Source: Amoebophrya sp. A120 (Eukaryota > Protista > Dinoflagellata). From it: a stretch of DNA of 64,000 nt. Where the stretch lies: contig CAJINV010000021.1 in assembly GCA_905178155.1 (NCBI GenBank), positions 912,449 to 976,448 on the forward strand, written 5' to 3'. The position numbers and the translations under genes are program-made. Positions 56,924 through 64,000 of the stretch are shown one piece after another; within the stretch, counting starts at the first letter, position 1; every line of letters begins with the position of its first letter. The notes beneath the pieces were generated by a model, which saw only the letters and a list, made by a program, of their open reading frames with translations, was not told where the DNA came from and searched no databases.

Positions 56924-58123
56924 GCTAGGGCCGCTGTGGTAAGTGGCTGGGTCGAAGCAAACGGAGGTGCAGGAGGTGCTGGGTTAAGCAGTAGTAGCAC
57001 TGCTAGCCTGCACCAGCCCTCCTTGCGCTAGTAGTTGTACTACTGCTTTCGAAGGCGAATACCATCTACAGAAGATAAGTATCACATGCGTTCTTACAAG
57101 TAGATCATGCACTCCTGGCTCAACCTAGGAACCATACGGGTGATATTTGAGGCACTGTTGTGCTTGTGGTTTGGATCAGGATTCATTTCTGTAATAGGGT
57201 TAGCCGGAGACTAGTCAAAAAAACTGCCTGGCGACCCGAAACATTTTCTAGAAAACAACGTAGTTGATGCCGGTCGGGCGTCTGGCTTGGCGCTGTTAGG
57301 GCGTGTGCAAATACGTGGAAGCACAAGCACCCCAGCAGGAGCTGACAGAATAGAGCGACAAGCTAACAAGGGATCGCCATCGCAAAAGAAAAACGAAGAG
57401 CGAAAAGTATTGTACAAACATAGTCAGGCAAAGAAAAAAAATATGTTGCGTCGTCGTGTGGGGAAAAAATACTGTACCAGAAAAAGGGAAAAAGTGTTGA
57501 TGAAGAGGGCCCTGTGTGCGACCGAGGTGGATCGTCTTGCAGCAGATTTTTTTTGCTATCGTCGCTCAAGGTAGCCAAAACTAGCATGTTTTTCGTCAAC
57601 ATCATGTCGATTCTTATTTGTTTCCTCTCTCTCATCTCTCCAACATGTAATTCATCGTTTGGATGACATGGACATCTTCATCCAAAGTGTCAGAATATTA
57701 CACCACGGGGTCTGGTGCCGCTGCCCAACGAATATCGGACCGAGAAATTGAAATACCGGACCAGGCTCTACTTCTACCTGTGCGTTGATGAACAACAAAT
57801 CGCGTCGCAACGACCCCACAACTGCGGCACACGCGTAGAACGGTAAAAAAGCTCAAGTAAATCAGTGCGAGTTTATGTTCCTCGTGTTTACTAAGAATAC
57901 AAGTCGTCGTGCTGTCGTTTTCCGACAAAAAATCTCTGGAACTACTGCAAGCCGAAGCCAGCAAACAGAAACACGTACAAAGTTGCTTCGACATGATATT
58001 AATTCTCTTGTGTTGCTCCTTGCCAGGAAGTGTTCCAGCAACTTCGTTAGCGTTAATCCAGCTAGGCACTTTTAAAGCACGACTTTTTCGTCCTTGCTTT
58101 CCAACAGCTACAGCCTTCATTTA

Positions 58124-58962
58124 TCATTTTCCACCCCCCGTCGGTCTGTTCTCCGGCGGTTTGCTGCCGACCGGAAACCCTGCTGGATCCAACCGCACCG
58201 CCACGCCCTTCGCTCCCCCAACCCAGCTGAGCATTGTGGAGTCGCAGAGCATGCCCTCCGACGCCGACCCGCCCACCGAGGCCTTCTGCACTGAAGTTCC
58301 GCCGTCCTCGACAGATTTCTATGGATTGCAAAAATGTCTGGGTCTGGAAATTTGTAATGCTGCGTTGGGAATAATGAATGCTCTGTAATGCACAGCCAAG
58401 CATGAAAAATATGATCTGCGCTTCTTTGTGTTGCGTTTTTCGCATGACAAACTGCGTTTTTGCATGACAGGCCACAGGGTGAGGGTCTCTTCTTGGACAC
58501 GCATCACAAACTTTTTGGTCATGCCAGACAAGCATGACAAACATGCATTCTTCCAGACCCAGACATTTTTACAATCCATAATTTCCCCGCCGGCACGATT
58601 GCGCCGACCTGCGCGACCACCACATGCTCACCGACTTTGACCTTCACATCGTTGGTGACGATGGTCAATAGGGTCTTCTTGTCTTCTTCGTCGTCGTTTT
58701 CTTCTTCTCTTATCCTAACCTGCAACTTGTTCAACTTCTTTCCGGATGGCTCGGCGGATTCAACTTTTCCAACGACAAAATTGGCAAATTTCTTCACCCA
58801 GGGGAATTCCTCGTAGGGGAGACTCTCGCCGCAGGAGAGGCACATCGCGGGGCCATGCTCGTCTTCCGGGTCCTCCGGCTCAAACTCCGTGCTGCCGCAA
58901 TCCGGCTGCGGGCACGCCAGGCGGCCCCCGTAGGGCGTTTCTTCCGAGGCGTCGAAGGTCAT
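58124..58962 (-). CDS. tRNA-binding OB-fold protein (EMAP/Trbp111/PheRS-B2-like) with N-terminal Cys4 zinc ribbon; 2 exons
   Basis: CPQPDC..CLSC, FVVGKVESAE..KLNKLQV..TIVTN..VKVGEHVVVAQVGA..GK|SVE..KASVGGSASEGMLCD. Confidence 0.78.
58320..58580. mobile_element. Introner element, family G
   Basis: About 30-bp TIR; perfect direct repeat atttc. Confidence 0.92.
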
Positions 58963-59536
58963 TTTCGTAACTGTAATGATACAACTTTTTCCGCGGGTTC
59001 TAGTTCTTCTTGTCTAGTACTCCTGTATCCTTGTGTATGCGACGTTGCGGACACTTTATTTTCAAAGTACAGTCGTGCTGCGAGTCGCGAGAACTAGAAC
59101 TGAAAAGAGATGAAAGCTGTGGTCGTGGCGTAGTTGTACTATCTGTAATTCATCGCCCATTTTACATCGATCACCCGGTTTTTGTCGCTGTGGTGGTTTT
59201 TTGTTTCATGGCGCAAATAATGATCTTCCTGATATTATATATTCACTTCAGAAACGGAAATAGATGCCATAACAATTCAAGCGACGAATGCCACGATTAG
59301 AACAGCGCTTCATAATTTTCTGCAGACACGTAGACGTACTCAATCAAAGATTTTCCGTCCGTATAATCGTAGAGTTTCATAAATTTTTCGTTTCGCTTGT
59401 TCAACATGTTGTTCTCATTTTTTCATTTCTTGGAAGTAGAGCGACGTCGTAGTACGCGCCAGCTCTCCATTTCTTTGCATTTGTTTCGCGGAGCCAAGTC
59501 ATCTTGTTCACGATGCTGCAACCTCTTCGCAGCTGC

Positions 59537-61004
59537 TCATCCAACAACCAATTCTTTCACTTCATCGATCCCATATCGCAAGGAAAAATCCCCCCTCCCC
59601 ATATCGAAAACGAAATTTGTGATGCTTTATTTGAGGTCACAAATCGATTTGTCATGCTAGAAGGCCAAGAGCCGCAGCCGTTGCCTCGTTTGCAGACAAT
59701 TTGTCATGCTGTTTCCCACTCTCAGATGCCTCCTCTCATGCTGAAGATGCAAGGCTTCGCCACGCCACCCAGCACTACAGTCCGCATCTTTTCCCGTGTA
59801 GCATGACAAAGCTGATTTGTGACAACAAATCTGCATTACAGATTTCCGTTTTGATATGGGGAGGGGGGATTTTTCCTTTTGATATCCCACCGCCATTCTT
59901 CACATTTGAATACCTGGTTTCATTTGTTCAACAATTTTTTCAGCGATCGTGTCTGTGCCATCGCAGTACTACAGCATGACAGATCTGGCTTCTTAGCTTC
60001 ACGTATAGCAATACAAATTTATCATTCGTTTTTCCTTCTGGAAGAACTTGTCATGCTATTTCTACTAGTGCGATACTTTTGTAATGCCTATCCCTATTAA
60101 CGATAAGTAGCGACTACCCGAGTTCCCTCAAGGCGTCCGCGGCCCTCTGCGCCCGTCTATGCGAAGAAAAAAGTGTTACAGTCACACACTGTGTTGCGAA
60201 ACAAGCAAGACAGGCAACCTTTGTCATGCAGGACATGCTTGGCAGCCTCATTTAATTCGTGTTTTCCCTTATAGTCTGCGCATCACAGGTTTGCTTTGGC
60301 ATGTCGAGCAACTTTGTGATGCAGAAACTCCAACAAATGTGTAACTGTATCACTTTTTTCCTGGGATACCGTCCACCCACCGCACAGTAGACCAGAATCG
60401 GCTTTGCCTTGTCGTCCGCAGGCAGCAATTGACTAGCGGCGTTGAAGGCCGCGATCGGATCGTCTGTCATCCGAATAGAGATGTTGACCGAATTGGGCAC
60501 CTGCTTTTCCGCAAACTCCTCCGGCGTGCGGACGTCCACCAGCAGCGCATTTGGATCCTTCGCAGTTTTCTCCCACTCCGGCTCCGTCACCTTGCTCGCC
60601 TGGAAATCCGGCCCACGCGTAGTGCTGCTCATCGTGCGCTTTTGGTGGGATAATGATAAAGGAGTGCGAGTTGATGAAAATCTTGTGCGGTCTTCTTCGT
60701 GCCCGCGGCTTTCTCGGGTTCTTGCGGTACCGTGTTGCCGACGAGAACTTTTACTCGCTGACGGATGAACAAGATCTGCAGGATGTTGTTGTCCTGCCAA
60801 AGCGCCTTTTGATGTAGTTGAACCTCCGACCAGAAGTTCCGATGCCCTTATGCCACGAAGAATTGGTGAGGGTAGTAGATGTAGAAGTCCAGCGAAATTG
60901 TAAATATCGCTATTCAACAACGTCAAGGTGGAGGAAGGAAACAAAGTAAGTTTTTGATTTCGGCTCGTCGGAAGAGATGCCCTGCGACAGATACTGCGAA
61001 GCAT
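59537..61004 (-). CDS. Single-domain rhodanese (sulfurtransferase), probable mitochondrial presequence; 4 exons
   Basis: LLVDVRTPEEF..VPNSVNI..ILVYCAVGGR|AQRAADALRELG|YSNVKNGGG|IDE; R/S-rich leader ending KRTMSS. Confidence 0.85.
59574..59884. mobile_element. Introner element, family J (about 50-bp TIR tatc..aaggaaaaatcccccctccccatatc)
   Basis: Perfect direct repeat tccca. Confidence 0.92.
60158..60368. mobile_element. Introner element, family H-like
   Basis: Perfect direct repeat ccgtc; inserted in the active-site loop CAVGGR. Confidence 0.88.
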
Positions 61005-62083
61005 GGTTCGAAATGAAATCTCGAGAAATAACAAACTCGTTGCAAACCTCTTGTCTTATCAATTGCTGGAGCAGCACGTGCCTACTTTTGATGTCGTGGA
61101 CCGATGTTTATTTTGATTCCTCGCTAATCTTGCAGGAGGGGTAGGAACATCAAACGTGGTGTGAAGATATGGCGTTGTAAGTCGGGGTGCGTGTGGTGTG
61201 CGAGACCGAAACCAAAAAACAGTCCAGATCTTTTGTAAGTCATCATAAAATTTTCGGATCGGGATCTTGACAGGTTTAGTAATGATGTTGGACTACTTGT
61301 AAGTACTTCCTCGTCCACCTCGCCAAGGCATTGGCATAGCTAGGCTTGTTTCTCGTGATCTTTCTCTGCATTTAAGATTTTTCGTTTTATTCGCCTCCGT
61401 CGGGGGAGCACCCACCAAGCAGTACCAGAGCAGACCTAAATCCTGTGGAAATAACTTCAAGTCTCTGGGGGGGAGGAATCAGCGTTGGTCTTTCGTGCCC
61501 AGTTGTTCTCTGCAGATCATGAAGAAAAAAGGAAGAGAATGGACGACGAAGCAGCAACAAAAGAAGTAACCGAGAAAATGATCTGCCACGTAGTGTACGA
61601 TTTTTAAAAGGCAATATAGAAAAGCCAAATGCATATATGAGTGAGTATTCAACCAAGTAATAGAACTGCATATCATGAAAAGTGGCCTGACGTCGGGAAT
61701 TTTTAGGGCTGCTGCATCGAAGGGCACGTATTGCAACAAAACACGATAGGGCTGTGGACTACATGTTCAGATTGTAAACAAAACTCGGAAAACCAAACGC
61801 TGTCTTATTGTCAGACGAAACCAACTGCGAAAAGCAACATTGAGCATCTGACTGATAACTCTTCGTTGAAAAAAATACTGTACGTGTACGTAGCTACGAA
61901 CAATAAAGAGTTGTAAGAGCTTAAAAATCTTTGCTTCGAAACCAAGGTAGGAGGAAAAAAGTCGCAATCATTGACAAAAAGTTCTCCTGCAGGCTGTTTT
62001 TCAGGCGCTGCCTGTAAATTATCGTCCACAGCAAGGATTTCATTTCCAATGCCGTACTGCCCCCGCCGCCGCCGCGCATACAT

Positions 62084-64000
62084 TCACATGAAATCGAAAT
62101 GCTGCGCGAGGTCGCTGGATTCCGATTCAGACCCATCTCCGTCCCCACCCTCGCTCTCCTCGTCCGCGTCCAGCTCAAATTCGACGGCTTCCATCACTGG
62201 ACGGGTCAGCGGAGCTTGGTGGGCGGCTGGTCGTGCTGGGGCAGCTTCCACTTGCCGCCGTGGTTCTTGCGGTGGTGCTGCAAAAATCGCGCCAGGGGTT
62301 CCTGCCGCACTAGGTGTAGTGCTACTCGTAGCTCCTCCTGGTGCTCTACCTGCTGTAGTGCCACTACCACCGCAATGGAAGTTGTTTGATGATGACGAGG
62401 ATGTTGACGTCGCAGCAGGAGCAGAAGTTGTCGGCCGTGCTAAATGGTTTTGCGTGTTGCTCCGTTCACCTCCTGCAAGAAGATGTTGATTTAACGATGA
62501 AGGCGCTGCAGCCAGTTGTCCCGCTTCGTGCGGATCTGGTGCGGACGAGGTGGCTCCACCGATGTTGTTCACAGGAGTAGTCCAAGACTCAACCTCGTTC
62601 TGGTTCTGAACAATTGCATACGGAGTGCTGGAGGGAACAGCTGTACTTGTACTACCCCTCGCGGGAGGAAAGGGGCACACAGCAGGCACGGAGATCGACG
62701 ACGATGGTGGAAACCCTGCGAACGGCGGCGCGACAGGAACAGGTCGTGAGCCTCCACCAGCATGAAGGGGATCAGCAACAGAACCTGCTCCTCCACCGTC
62801 GAGGAGCACGTGCTGGCCACCGCTGCTAAAGGTAGTAGTTGTTGCCAGCGGAAAGGTGGAAGAACTGGCGTGGTGCTGCAGAAAAGACTGATCTTGGTAA
62901 ACAGCCACCGGAAACAAGATAACTTGCTGCTGCAACTGCTGTTGCATGTCCGCGAGAGAAGAAGCACCACAACTGGTGGAAGAGCTAGTATTACAACTGT
63001 GGAGCTGCAGGACATTTGCGATTTCGCTTGTAGTTTGCGCGCACGGATATTGATGGCAATTCTGTTGCGCTGGTGGGTGCGATTGCGATTGCTGACTGGA
63101 AGCAGTCAGGGGCACCACCCAAGGCAGTAGTTCTTGCGCCATCGGTTGTTCGTGTGCAGAAGCTGCTCCCGAGAAAGAGGACATTCGAGGAGGAGCATTG
63201 CATTCCATTGCCCCCGCACTCCCGGGCAGTATTGCATTTCTTGCAGCGTCAACATCCATGGTACTGGCAGGCGGAACTCCCGAAGCTAAAGGAAATAACG
63301 CTGGGCCTGAACAAGTTGCAGTAAAACTGGAACAAGTACTAGTTGCAGGCGCAATTCCAATCGTAGTTGCGCCGGTCGACGTCGCAGTTTCTTTTACCTG
63401 CTCAACAGAAGCGTTCATCTGCAGCATATCGAAGCTGGGCTCTTGCTGATCTTCCTGCACCACCGCTATGTCGCTTTGTTTGGCAAGAGGGAAAACTCCC
63501 GGACCTGCTGCGCTGGTGTTAATATCGTCCCAGGAGTCCCAAGAATCTTCCCCAGAGCGCGCATCATGATCTTCGCACAAATCTTCGTTTTCCTCCTCCT
63601 CGTCAATATCCTGATCAATTTCGGTTACTGCCAGCGGATGTTGCGGTTGCGAAATCTTTATTCGCGGGGCATTCGCATGAAGATTTTTGTCTTGTGCAGA
63701 AGTCGTGTGGCGGATCTTCATGGCGTCGTGGTCCTGTGGAACTGCGACTGGAACTGCTTGTCCTTGCTGCTCGTCTTCTTGTCGTCCAGCCTGTGGTTGT
63801 TCGTCAGTTGTTTTCATGCAGGTCGTTTTGGTTGCTCGACTGCTGGAACTGGTGGTGCCAGTAGTGTAGTTTTTAGTGCTACCAGGCTCAGCCAGGGGAC
63901 GTCGTCCAGATGCCGTTGCAGCTACAGCTTCTGCTTCCTTTAAAAAAGCCCCACTCGAGGACGCAGCAGGTGGTGGAACTGCAACGTTTTTGATATCGCC
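62084..64000 (-). CDS. Low-complexity hypothetical protein, 5' part probably outside the window
   Basis: 577-aa ORF whose frame stays open upstream to position 64000. Confidence 0.6.
   Translation of the reverse strand, partial: GDIKNVAVPPPAASSSGAFLKEAEAVAATASGRRPLAEPGSTKNYTTGTTSSSSRATKTTCMKTTDEQPQAGRQEDEQQGQAVPVAVPQDHDAMKIRHTTSAQDKNLHANAPRIKISQPQHPLAVTEIDQDIDEEEENEDLCEDHDARSGEDSWDSWDDINTSAAGPGVFPLAKQSDIAVVQEDQQEPSFDMLQMNASVEQVKETATSTGATTIGIAPATSTCSSFTATCSGPALFPLASGVPPASTMDVDAARNAILPGSAGAMECNAPPRMSSFSGAASAHEQPMAQELLPWVVPLTASSQQSQSHPPAQQNCHQYPCAQTTSEIANVLQLHSCNTSSSTSCGASSLADMQQQLQQQVILFPVAVYQDQSFLQHHASSSTFPLATTTTFSSGGQHVLLDGGGAGSVADPLHAGGGSRPVPVAPPFAGFPPSSSISVPAVCPFPPARGSTSTAVPSSTPYAIVQNQNEVESWTTPVNNIGGATSSAPDPHEAGQLAAAPSSLNQHLLAGGERSNTQNHLARPTTSAPAATSTSSSSSNNFHCGGSGTTAGRAPGGATSSTTPSAAGTPGAIFAAPPQEPRRQVEAAPARPAAHQAPLTRPVMEAVEFELDADEESEGGDGDGSESESSDLAQHFDFM

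Noticed and set aside
1585-60344. Recurrent short peptides in the ORF track (e.g. VHNSPSPSF, QKYRTR, EGEGELCT, FQTQTFL)
   Set aside because: These are translations of repeated element TIRs in arbitrary frames, not a protein family
1-64000. Autonomous transposase, reverse transcriptase, rRNA, tRNA or spliced-leader gene
   Set aside because: No DDE, RT or Rep motifs, RNA-gene signatures or dinoflagellate SL sequence recognised; a covariance-model search could still find small RNAs

Overview
Eukaryotic genomic DNA, most consistent with the parasitic dinoflagellate Amoebophrya (Syndiniales); the taxon is an inference from gene architecture, not a database hit. I reconstruct 18 protein-coding genes, all on the minus strand: a DUF229/alkaline-phosphatase-like protein, a TcdA/TCD1-like E1 enzyme, a Cys-less pentameric ligand-gated channel, trehalose-6-phosphate phosphatase, IFT57, a UBL-WLM-PUB metalloprotease, two Sec61-beta-like genes, a U-box protein, a tRNA-binding OB-fold protein, a rhodanese and seven hypotheticals. 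The coding sequences are interrupted by 51 clear and 1 degenerate MITE-like non-canonical introns (introner elements) from about 9 TIR families. Nearly all end in TAT...ATA and sit between 5-bp direct repeats (29 perfect, 17 with one mismatch). They occur in both orientations, share an internal GCATNACAAA motif, and nearly all restore the reading frame when the element plus one repeat copy is removed, often with no GT-AG in any register. About 11 ordinary GT-AG introns coexist with them. Three other insertions are unexplained: a 0.85-kb poly(A)-ended segment between 88-bp direct repeats, a 1.76-kb hairpin-ended tandem-repeat element nested inside an introner, and a 0.63-kb palindrome array between 59-bp direct repeats. 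All coordinates were read by hand and may be off by a few bases.
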